Positions 1 through 11,009 of a DNA stretch of 33,100 nucleotides are shown here, piece by piece. The notes beneath the pieces were generated by a model. The model did no database searches, had not been told where the DNA came from, and saw nothing but the letters and a program-made list of their open reading frames with translations. The stretch is taken from assembly GCA_009602725.1 (NCBI GenBank), contig WELB01000026.1:793702-826801 (forward strand), read 5' to 3'. Source of the DNA: Spirogloea muscicola (taxonomy: Eukaryota). Position 1 is the first letter of the stretch, and each line of letters starts with the position of its first letter. The translations under genes and the position numbers were made by a program.

Positions 1-59
1 CGGCGCCGACGCTCGGGAGAGGCCGCCAGCACTGACTCGGCGGCGGCGGCGGCGGGCAG

Positions 60-1693
60 CTGGGCGCGGGCACGGGCCTCCCCGGGATCCTCGCCGCGAA
101 GCTCGGCGCGGCCGCCGTGGCGCTCACGGACCGCCACGACCAGCCGGCGGCGAGGCCCACCACCTTAAACCCCAAACCCCCTCAAACCCCGAAACCCCTT
201 AAACCCCTAAATTCCACAGCCCGCGACCTTGCTGCGCTGCCGCTGCCGCATGCTCTCGGTGGGCTTGAGCGGTGTTAGAAAGCCGTAGGTCTTACGTAAG
301 GTTACCAGCTTGAGTTACTCACACACACCTGATAAACTCATACCTCGTGGAGCTGATTCATGGAACACCGCAACGGCCCGCCGCGCCTGCAGGTCTTGGA
401 GAACCTGCGCGCCTCGTGCGCGCTCAACAGCGTCAGCTGCGAGGTCCGAGACCACCCCACAAGTCATGCACAATAACTAGGGGTGTTGGGTTTACAAGTA
501 CACGTCCCAATACTGTAACTGAAAGCTACTCAGGGGCCACTGTCTGCCCAGAGGGCGAGGCTAAAAGCAGAAGCGCCATGCCGCCCATCGCCTGCCTGCC
601 GGGCTGCGGCGCAGACGCTAGCAGCCGGCTGATCGACGGCCGCCGCTGCGCCCGCAGGTCCGGCAGCTGACCTGGGGCCTGCAGTTCTGGCATCTGCTGG
701 ACGACGCCGAGCCACCGGACATCGTGCTGGCCGCCGACGTCCTCTACGACTCTGCAGGTCGCTCCCTGTGTTCGCCGCTGTTGCCGGCAATTCCTCGCTC
801 TGCGCAGCGACATCACACTGCCCTGCTGCCATTGATGTGCTGCCATCTTAGAAGTTGTTGCAGATGACAGCAGCAAAAGGCAGATCATCAATTCAGTGTG
901 TGATCATGATGAGGGCTTATACTGGGATTCACAATTCATTCTATTCGATTCTCGATTCTCGATTCTCGATTGCAGGGCGAGCAATGCTTACTGGTAAATT
1001 ATCTGGCAGATACGCATACCAGAGAGGCCCTAGTCGGCTGTTAGGCCCCTTTCTTGCTTTGCTGAATCAACTCAAGTTGCAGCTGGTGCTTGCCAGACTT
1101 TGAGGACTTCTTTGTGACGCTGCGCCTGCTGCTGGGCTCGCGGCTGGGGGCGGCCGCCATGATCGCCTACCAGCACCGCAGGTCCGGCCCTTGACAGGAC
1201 ATACCCGAACACTCTCCACATTCGTAAATGTTGGGCCACCCCTTGTTCTTCCACGCACAACCTCATTGCCATGTTGTAATTCTTGACCTTCATTTACTTC
1301 AGGAGGTTTGGAACCCACCTCCACTATCAAGGGTGCTCTGTCACCTCCTCTGTACTTTTGCTGTTACGCTGGCCTGGCCAGAGACCCAGTGCATGACGCC
1401 AGAAGCCAGTACTTGGTGGAGAGTGACGAATCATGATTGCAATTTGACAACACGGAAATGATGTCTGCATTTGTGGCCTGTGGGTGCCTGCTCGCAGTAG
1501 TCATCGGTCGATTGAGTTCCTGATGGCAAAGTGGGGCCTGACGTGTGCGTCCATCGTGCTCGCTGACGACTTCATGCCCCCCAGCAAGCTTGAGAGCCTC
1601 AAGGCCGCTGCTGTGGAGGTCGTGGAGCTTGTTGTTGACAACCGTGCCGGCATTGGTGGCAAGGGTGGCGTTGGTTCTGGCAGCTCTGCATAA
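60..1693 (+). CDS. METTL23: METTL23-like class I SAM-dependent protein methyltransferase (Methyltransf_16 family); 5' end lies upstream of the window
   Basis: Exons 60-149, 393-443, 658-757, 1097-1181, 1498-1693 splice in frame to LGAGTGLPGILAAKLGAAAVALTDRHDQPA|VLENLRASCALNSVSCE|VRQLTWG...DIVLAADVLYDSA|DFEDFFVTL...AYQHRS|SHRSIEFLMAKWGL...*. Motif I (LGAGTGLPG), LTD, LxWG and ADVLY are family motifs; IEFLMxKWGL is typical of plant METTL23. First intron is GC-AG. Confidence 0.9.
163..213 (+). repeat. Degenerate telomere-like (AAACCCC-N)n tract inside a METTL23 intron
   Basis: ccttaaac cccaaacccc ctcaaacccc gaaacccctt aaacccctaa a: five C4-5 runs separated by AAA-containing spacers; the last unit contains the plant telomere heptamer CCCTAAA. 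Confidence 0.7.
945..971. repeat. Short tandem repeat (TCGATTC) x ~4, intronic
   Basis: tcgattc tcgattc tcgattc tcgatt read directly. Confidence 0.85.
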
Positions 1694-3276
1694 TTCTTTC
1701 CCTCGCTTGCTAAAGCTGCCCATCTGGTGCCGCCACTGTTCATCGCAGTGCACTCTTATTGCTCATGACAGGCATTCACAAGGTTTTTTCGTTGGCACTT
1801 AGGTTCATTGTCAGATACCTTAGACGCTGTGAAAACCTTGCAGTACATGCTGTATGACAAGGCAACTCACAAGTATATCCATGTGCGCTGATCTTTCTAA
1901 CACTTGGGTCATCTGGAGCTTCATGGCCACTCGCACCCATTGCCTCCTGTAGAGAAGCTCACTCCATAAACAACTGATCAAATGCATATACATGAAGGCA
2001 GATGGGTCGTCAGATTGAGCTATTTGAGCATTTCTGGACTTGTTTATGGACATCCGATCTTCACCTGAGCTTCTTCAGCAAGAATCTTGCTCTGGCAGAT
2101 ACTGGCAGCTTTGGCATATCATGCCTGCGGAGCCTTGTCAAGCGCTCAAACGATTCACCTGCCTGCTGACCAGCTTCATCAGTGTTGCACTTCCACAGCC
2201 TCTAGAGTGCTGCATAGGGTGTTAGCTTGCGCAGGTGAAGTTGGTTTTGCAGGCTGGACTTCCTCTGAACTGAACCACCCCTCTTAATTGCACAATGCCA
2301 GAAGTTACCTGCCTGCTGTGTGGAGCAACTTAATGTAAGAAACGTGAGAACGTCTACAATCGGCCAGCAAGCGTAGAATGCTTGAGAATCCAATGCTACT
2401 GGACCCATGATGGGTAACTTTGTCGGTCTATGTTGCTAAGATTAAGGCCGCTGTCGCTCGTCCAAGATCAGAAGCAGCACCATTGCTCTGTTGCCAAATC
2501 TGCAGTCATGCCGTTTGTCCAAGCAAAGGGGTTGGCTTTTCATGTATCACGGGATTTCTTCATCCAGCATAGAGGCAGCCAGGGAACGTGTTACTCTTTT
2601 GACAGTTGACCAGGGTCGGGCATTCCAGCCAGCGACATAGGTTCGGTGTCTACAGGGACAGCTGAGGTGGAGCACAGCTCCCTCTGGCAGGTTGCAACCA
2701 ATGTGACGAGGGTTAGACAATAATTGCTTATGGGTTTGCAGGCATGTGCGGTGCCGCTTCCACACCCATACATGCGCATGTACGGGTGTGTGTGAGACTG
2801 CTCGTCCTAGGTTGCTGCAATCTCAAGCTTAAGACTGCTTGAAGTTTCTCAATCTTCATTTAGCCGCTCTTGAGATCAGGTTGGCACTGGAGACACACGA
2901 CACGTCAATTACTCCGCAGTCTCAATATGGAGTGACTCGTCTGTACAATCACAACAAGGGCAAGTATCTTATGCAGAGGAGGGCATGTTTGCAGTTGCCA
3001 TTGTTTGGCAGGCTGTCAAGCCTTGCCAAGTACGCCTCCCCCTGCTTTGCCTGCCATCGTCTCCCCTTTGGCCCAGCCTCACGCACGAGGCACTCTTATC
3101 TTCTTGCGCGCGCGCTGCGCGCACTGTTCTGCACTCTACATTACCTAATGTCACCAGGGCAAGTCTGTAGTAAAAAGATTCTGCAGTCTCTGCAACTTGG
3201 TAGAGACTGCAGAATGCAGTCAATAGCGCACTCGCACACTGGCGGGAGAGCCTGGCGAGTGCCGGCGCAGCGCCGG

Positions 3277-6200
3277 TCACCGCATGCGGATGCTCTCATC
3301 GGCAAAGATAACATCGGGGTTGCGTATGTGCGGATTGAGTGCCGCAACCTCGGTCCAGCGCGTGCCTGTCCCATGCACGCGCTGGCTGATGCTCCAGAGC
3401 GTCTCGCCCTGCTTCACGCGCACCCGCGACGGCGGCGGCTTGGTCTTGAGGAGCGGGTGTGCGCGTCCCTTGCCCATGCCGTTGGCCGCCAGCCACCGCG
3501 ACCCCGCCTGGTGAGCCTTGTCTGTGCCCCACATGCGCCGCTTGCCGCCGCTATCCGCCTGCAGGCCCGTCATGTGGATGCCTGTGATCTTGAAACGCGC
3601 CTCGCTCTTCTGCTCATCCTCCTCTGCAGCTGCACCCGCAGCCGCCGCCGCCGTCGACGTTGAGTCCTGCCCCCTCCCAGCATCGCCCTGCCACAGTCCC
3701 ATGGACGACAAGATAACCTCCCAAGTGTGTCAGAGCAACCCTACAATCCAGAAATTGAGCACGCCTAATACGGCCTAAGGCCTTTGATTAACTCAATACT
3801 TGCGAGCACAAGCCCCAGCTTGAGACAGAATGCACGCTCTTTGCAGCCTCATCGACCGCGAGGTCAGCTTGCTACCACACACAGATGCAAGTGGACCTTG
3901 AGCCCACATGCTTCAGAAGAGTGAGCATTCAGTGCGGCCCGAACTGACAGCAAGGGGCTGGTGCTCTGTGCTGCCTAACAGACTGTGCTGCATCTGTGCC
4001 ACTGCAGCATTGACCATGGCGCCATACGTCAGGCACTGCCAGAGGTGTCCACCAGTCAGCGGGCTTGTAGCCTGCTGAGCAAGCTGCACGGACTAGCGGA
4101 CACCTCTGGCAAGTGCCTGACATATGGCACCATGGTCAACGCTACAGGGGCTCAGACGTGAAGCAAGTCTAAACTCTTGCAGGAGTATGTCCCATCTGCA
4201 TGTTCACAAGCAAGGAAGCATGATCAGGGCAGAGGCCCGACCTTGTAGGAGATCCGCCGTGCCAACTTGGCGGGCTTGGGCACAACCATGCGCTCCGCCT
4301 GCACGAGCGCCATCATTGGCGCGCCCACAGGCTCATAGTTGCGCGCCGGGTCGCGCAGCTGCACCAGCATAGCCAGCGTGATAGTGTTGCCCATTACGCC
4401 GCCGCTGTTGTCACCACCACTGCCGCCACGGCTTTTCTTCTTGCCGATAGCGGCCGCCCCTCGCGGTGCCTGCCCCACGACCTGCAACGCCTTCTTGCCG
4501 TGCCCATCGTCCACCATGATAAGGTCCTTGTGCACCGCCTGATGCGCCGCCAAAACCGCCAGTGTGTCCTGTGGCATAAAATTCAGGATAAGCCCTTGGG
4601 CATGTGTACTAGACCAGCGAATAAGAGTTTGCCCAACAGCTTACACTCTGGTGCCTGAAGGTGGCGGAATCGAGCTAGAGCATGAGCATGAACCCTGAGG
4701 AGTGAGAGCAGGGCAGGTGCCTTACATCCGCTGTGCTCTCATCGTCAAAGACGCCAGCATCGAGCCGGGTCCACTCATCCAGCGAGATGGCCATGCTCAT
4801 CAGGTCCTTGTCATCCGCAGCCGCAGCAGCCGCCGCATCGACCTCGTCGCGCTTGTGCTGCCGCTCCTCGTCCTCTCTGGGACGATCTGCCGCGCTTGCC
4901 TTTCGGCCCTCCAGCAGATGCACTGTTGCTGCGCCGCCCAGCATTTCAACCTTGGTGCCCTGCCGAGCAAGTCACCGCGACACCCATAAAGACACGTCAG
5001 CAAGAATGCACAGTAGGATGATGTAGAGATCATTTGTCATTCTTAACTAGCTTGTTGGGCATCCCCTAAAGTGATGGATTCCATATATCCTGAGCTTGAG
5101 TGGAGGCAGATCAAGCGGCCTTCATTACACAAGCGGCATCTCTGCATACGCGAATGAGCTGGAGCGTACTCGCTTGCGACCATAGGGGCCTTCAAGGGCC
5201 TTGGTGTCGCCCCATGACAACGCCTCCACTGTGCATGGCGCGTCCTCCTCAGCATACCCTGCCTGAATTTTCAGGCCCTCCATAGCTAGGTACTCGATTG
5301 TCTGGTCAATGGAAGGCGTCCAGAGGGGACCAGAGTACAATTGTCAGAAGCATTGGCCAACTGTCAACCAGATTATAGACCATAAAAAAGGCTATCAACA
5401 ATCTTCTGCACTCAAGCTTTGACAGGTAGCATGCTGCCGAAAGAAGGTTGCACTTGGCAACACGCCGTGCCAAGCCAATGGCATTGGCATGAGGCTCATG
5501 GCGCTGCTCACCTGCATCGCCAATGGCGCAAGTTCCTGGAGGCTCACAAACTCGTCCGGCAGCTCCCCGTGAGTGGCGGGAGGGCCCGCGCCGCTTGCCG
5601 TCTGGAGTGCTGACGTGCCATGGCTGCCGCTAGGGGTAGAAGGTCCTACAGTCGCCAGGCTGCCGCCTGACGAGCGCCTCGCAAGCGGGCCGGCTTCTGG
5701 CTGGCCGCGTGGCGATGTGGCTGCAGCGCGGCTCCCTTGCGGTACGAGGGCGCCGCCCTGCTGTCGCAGCACAATCTGGCGTGCTTTCTCATGCAGCGCC
5801 TCGCGAGAGCTGGCTGCCATCGGGGCCGCTGCCGCACCTCTGCCAGTGGCAGCGCCGCCGGCCAGCGGCACAAGCGGACCATAATTCTGGCGCAGGACGA
5901 GAGCTCCGCTACCGTCGCCACTGCCTCCAGGACTGCAGCTGCTCCCCTCCAGCCGGAGGTGCGAGCCTGCCCCGTTGGCTTCAAGAGCGAGCCTGCCGCA
6001 GCAATACATTTTCAGCACCGTGCAAAGGTCGCCGCAGTCACAAGGAGGCCTCTGTTGCAATCCTTTGAAACCTCACCTGGCATGGCTAGCTGGCAGCGCG
6101 AGAGGAGATGGGCTGCCCTCCAGAGCCAGGCCCTCCGCCTGGATCTGCTGCACCGACTTGCCGCCAATGTCCTCGAGCGGCATCGCCGCCATGGCCTGCA

Positions 6201-9200
6201 GCGTCATTGTTTCAGCGCCTGCGCCCGCCATCCGGTGGATTATCTCCATTGCGGACGACCCCAGCTCCTTGGGCACAACCACCGGCTTTGATACCTGTGA
6301 CCACGTCATAAAGAGCGTGAACAAGGCGATTCTCACATGTGATGCTGCTTCTGACGAACAGAATTAGCACATACTGTATAAGCCCACTTTAGGTTCTTGG
6401 ATGACTTCAGATGAAATGCACATGAAATCTCATAATCGTCACGCCATCATTGCATATCCAGCACACAACACATCTGTACCAAGGACAAACATGCCACCCT
6501 GATTGATCTATCAGGGCCACCGAAACTTAGCATTGGCAAATTTAAGCACACCTGCATGACAAGGCGGCCAGTTGTTGGGTCAAAGTGGCGCGGCGCCATG
6601 GAGCGCAGCACGCCGCCATCACGTATCTGCACAGCGGAGCCCACGCCATCGGCCAGCGCAGGCGGCTGTAGCGCCTCCAGCCGCGCGAGCGTGGTGTCCA
6701 CAGCGAGCTTGCCCCCCAGCACCGCACGCCGGCCCTCCTCTCCGAGGCCCTCAATTGACCCCATGCCCATGGCCTAGTGTAGGCCGCAGCACAGACGACT
6801 TTGGCGTCAGGCCGTTTTGTCAGCCCCAAACAGTCCCACACAGAACACAGCAAAACGAGCTCCAGCACATCGGACAGCAGACTGAGAGCTTGCACGCACC
6901 AACATCAGCGCCTCGGTCTCCTCGTCCTCCAGTGCCTTGGCGCGCGAGCGGCTGCGCTCCAGGATGCCAGCGCGCCGGTGCTCCTCCTCCGCCATCTCCA
7001 GCATGCGCGCCAACTCGGTGTCCTCGTCCTCCCAGCCTCCCTCGTAGACACCGCCACCATCGCCGCGGTCCTCGCCAGCACCAGCGGCGGCCTCCTCAAA
7101 TCGGCTCAGCAGCACACCACGGGCGGCATGGCCTTCCCACTGACCGCTGTCGCCGTCCTGGCCCTCATACGAGAACGAGTCCCTTGCAGAGCTGGTATCA
7201 GCAGGGGCGCCGGAGTGGGGCCCCCGGCTTGCCTCCTCCAGCATGCCCAGGAACTCATCCTCGTCCATATCTGCAGCCGCCGCCGCTGGCAGCGGGCCGT
7301 CTACCTCGCCGCTGGCCTTGCTGACTGAGAGCTCGCCGCCGTGCTCTGATGTCACACTGGACAGCACGGCTGCAGAGGATTCTTCGCTTGCAGAGGCGCC
7401 CTCCTCCACCACTGGCTGTGCAGCCGCGGCATTCCGCATGGTGTACAGCTTGCTGCCGACGGCCATTGCACCAACTCCAACGCCGGCTACGGCCAGCCCG
7501 CCAACCGCCATGGGAGCCAGTGCCGCTGCTCCAGCAACAGCCGCAGCAGCCCCTGCTGCACCAGCCGCGCTCGCAGCTGCCGCACCTCCAGCAGCGGCCC
7601 CTCCCGCCGCCATGCTCCCCACGGCCGCCGCTACAGCGCCGCCTACTGCCGTCAGCCCCGCCATCGCCATGGCCACACGGCTCCTTAGTGCCGCCTGCTG
7701 CACCTGTCCACTGCCTGCCTCCTCCAGACCTGCCTCACCGATGTCAGCAACCGCATCTCGTGGCTCTTCTCCGACCACTGCACTTTCACTTGCCGGAGCC
7801 GCCTCGGTGGTGCCCTTGACTTGGAAAGGTTCATCAACGGCAGCTGACAACGCTGTGCTGTGGTCGGACTGGACAGCACCCTCAGACAGCGGCTGCTCGA
7901 CATTGTCAATGTGCTCGGCAGCTACACCAGAGACATCCCCTCCTTCATTAGGATGGCCTCCATTCAGGCTGGCCTCATCGACCGCTGATGCAATACCAGC
8001 AGCTGCTGCCGCAGCGGCTTTGGATGTGCCCTTGCCCGTGCCCTTCTTGCTTCTCCTGCTCTTCCTGACGATGCCACTCGCCACTTCGCCACCACCAACA
8101 CCAACATCTGCACCATTGACGGGTGTGACATCGTCGGCGCTGGCCACTGATGCACGCTTTGATTTCTTCTTTACGAGCTTGCTCTCCTTGCCCTTTGTCG
8201 GCAGTGCCAATGTCTCGCCGCCGCCCACCTCTGGGCTGCCCCAGCTAGACTTAAGGCCGCCCTTTGGGCTCTGTGCCTGCGTCGGTAGGAGAGGTGAGCT
8301 GCTGTTGTTGGCATTACCGTCTACGGCGGCTGTTTCACCTGCAACAGCAGTGGCCCTGTCACGATCCGCCTCCGCATCTTCGTCGTCCATGCTCTCCACC
8401 TCGTCCTCATCTCTTTCTTCGTCCTCGTCCTCGCCTTCCTCATCATCATCCTCGCCATCCTGTGCATCCTCGTCTTCGTCATCCTCGTCAACATCTTTGC
8501 CAGCTTGTCCTTGCAGACCTGCTACCGGCGTCTCCTCGGCCACTTGCACCTCACCGCCATCGCCCCCATCCTCTGCTGCCATTGTGGCTGCTGACTCTTC
8601 CTCCTCCTCCTTGTCCTCCTCCTCTTCCTTCTCCTGCCCTTCCTCCTCCTTCTCCTCCTCCTCCACCTTGCTGACTTCCTCCAACACAACTTCCATCAGA
8701 GGCACGTCCTCCACAGTGCCACCGTTGACATCAGCATCCACACTTGTGACATTGCCATCCACCTCTTTGTTGTCATCATTGGCTGTCTCCGCGCTGTTTG
8801 TGGCTCCGGCAGCTAGGCCAGCATCATCAGCAGCCGTAGCAACCGCACCGCCGGCAGCCGCTAAGCCAGTGGGGCCAGGGCTGTCACGCCCAGGCGTTTC
8901 CGGCCGGGACGCCGTGCGATTGAAGACGCGGCTTGACACGCGTGCGGCCCGTGTGCCGCCACCACGCGGCATCTGTACCTCGTATCCAAATGTCACGAGC
9001 AGGTCTGATGCCTCGCGGTTCGCCACGCGGTCCAGTGGGAAGGACGTGGTCCACGGCGACGCATCACCAGCCGCCCCATTGAGCTTGCTTGGCAGCACGC
9101 GGCTGAGGTCCAGCTTGTGGCGCCCCAACACTGTCTCGCGCCCGGAGCCGATGCTGGTGCCGTTTTCGAGGGCCGCAACCGTCAGCGTGGACGACTTGGG

Positions 9201-10336
9201 CGTGTACTTGGAAGTTTCGTTGGGCCCTGCACCGACATACAGCGTGCACTTGAGGTGCAGCGTCTGCTCCACCTCCGCCACGCCCTGCAGCAGCAGCACA
9301 CAGCCTGTGAGCACGCCATACCAGCGCATGATCCTAATTGCCATCTGCACAGCAATGACAACGTCAAGGAATCTGGCATGAGCCAGGGTGGGGCCGAGAG
9401 GGCATTCAGACTGAGCAGAGCACTGACGTTGATGATTGTGGCCGGGGCAGTGCGCGCCGCGACCTCGCGCCGCCGCCACTCAATGAGAAGCCGCCGGCCA
9501 TTGAGCTCCGCGGGCAGGCCCTCGACGCCGTGCACGTGCAGAGAGAAGGTGCAGGTGGAGCGCCGTTGGCCCATGCGGCCGAGTGCGCGCAGCGGCTTCC
9601 ATCCGGCGAAGAAGCCCTGCTTAGCCATCAGCGGCGCTTCGAGCCGCTTGCTAAACTGCAGCTGGTCCTCGAGCCACGCAGCGAAGTCGCGGGCCGCTGC
9701 CTCCGCCGCCGCGGCTCCCTGCAGCGGCTCCTGCCTCCTCGGCGCAAGCGACATGTGCTTCGTGAGCTTCTTGACCACTGGCACCTCGTCGTCCCCGTCC
9801 ATTGTCGGGGGCGACGGAACCAGCTGGCCGCTGAGTGCCATCCGCGACATGCCCCCGACAAGAGCGGCCGACGGCGTGACGGCATTCCTCGGTGGCGGCT
9901 TCGCCAGCGTCTGGACGCGGGAAAACGGGGCACTGTGAGGGCCCGGCGGGGCCGTGGCTGGCGTTGGAGATGCAGGGCTCTCAGCCACCGGGGAGCGGTC
10001 GGCGGCGGGCTGCAATGGCGGTGGCGTCTTCTCGGCACTTCCAGCCGTTGGCAACGGCGGCAGGCCGAGGCCGACCCTCAGGACGGCGGGGGAGGCAGAC
10101 GCGGCGCGCTTCAGCGGCGCATTGCCAAGGCCGTCCCCGCTGCCGCCGCCACCAGCGAACTTGGCTTGCATTGCTCGGCCGCCGCCATCGAGACCGGCGG
10201 CCTTCCGACTAGAAGTCGCCGACGGCAGCGGCGGCGTGGCCGGCGAGCGCCGCTGCGGAGGCTCGGCCGACGGCGAGGCCCCCGCCCTCCGCCGCGCCGG
10301 CTGTGGCGGCGTGGCCATGCCCGGCGATGTCGGCAT
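3277..10336 (-). CDS. PMIR1: PLASTID MOVEMENT IMPAIRED1-related protein (NT-C2 domain, long low-complexity linker, PMI1/PMIR C-terminal region, terminal LysM), ~1772 aa
   Basis: Exons (-): 10336-9428, 9284-6900, 6773-6552, 6294-6077, 5992-5512, 5301-5170, 4959-4726, 4568-4242, 3687-3277; all GT-AG, total 5319 nt, in frame. NT-C2: WKPLRAL...CTFSLHVHGVEGLP...GVAEVEQTLHLKCTLY...LGRHKLDLSRVLP...WTTSFPL...LLVTFGY. PMIR motifs: LEDEETEALM, GGVLRSMAP, MQVSKPVVVPKELGS, MPLEDIGGK, EFVSLQELAPLAM, EGLKIQAG, SLDEWTRLDAG, VQLRDPARNYEPVGAPM, GSRWLAANGMGK, HIRNPDV. Start codon position is less certain. Confidence 0.9.
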
Positions 10337-10348
10337 GTCACGCACGCC

Positions 10349-10385
<37 letters not shown>

Positions 10386-10400
10386 AGGCGGAGGCGGCGG
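10349..10400. repeat. (GGC/GCC)n microsatellite just upstream of the PMIR ATG
   Basis: gcggcggcggcg...ggcggaggcggaggcggcgg read directly. Confidence 0.9.
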
Positions 10401-11009
10401 AGTAGTCCAGGGCGTGCCGAGGTCGCATCGCCGAATGTGCGGGAGGTGGCGGGGGACGTCTCGTCAGCCCAACGTCGGAGCTTGATGTGGTTTTGTTTTG
10501 CATTACCGTCCAGGCCCGAGGCGCTCGTGGAGCTGGGGCCAGGGGCACTGATGCCGCCCCCGCCATGGGATTCGCCGACGGAACTCTCGCCATCGTTCGG
10601 CACGACGACGTCCTCGTCCTGTTCCGTCGCCGGGCCCTGAGGGGCCCCGCTCTTCCCGCGCTGCCTGGTCCGGTCGGGCAGCCCACAAACTGCCCGGCCT
10701 GCCCGAATACTGGCGGGGCGTCGGCTGGGGGTTAAGTGGAAGTGACAAAGGTGATCTTCCAAACGTGCCACCACGTCGAAACGCCGAAACCGAAAAGCCG
10801 AAAAGCGCTGAACGTGTTAACTAAGCGAGGGCTATGTTGGGATAGTCACTCAGTAAATTCCAGTTAGTAGCCGGAGGTAAGAACGACTAGTTGCCGGAAA
10901 GATAAATGAAGCAGTTCCCTAGACGAAAGATAGCCAGAACTGCTAAAGCCAACCAGGCGCACACCAAGCGCCGTACCGGACATAACCAGGCACGCCGACG
11001 AAGGCGGGC

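Noticed and set aside
1495..1500. NAGNAG tandem acceptors (also 18168-18173 and 27283-27288)
   Set aside because: Common in eukaryotic genes and change only one residue; no evidence of regulated use from sequence alone.
2065..2124. Exon-like segment on the - strand (cag|G HDMPKLPVSARARFLLKKL AG|gtgaag)
   Set aside because: No compatible neighbouring exons, start or recognisable motif; treated as chance in UTR/intergenic DNA.
2761..2811. Helitron 3' end (hairpin followed by CTAG at 2807-2810)
   Set aside because: CTAG is followed by G rather than the T of an A|T target site, and no 5' TC end or Rep/helicase sequence is visible.
7243..9381. 712-aa + strand ORF, and other long + ORFs at 2839-3663, 6572-7324 and 9117-10640
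   Set aside because: Antisense shadows of GC-rich PMIR exons; poly-Ser/Ala simply mirrors Glu/Asp/Ala codons and no independent motifs are present.
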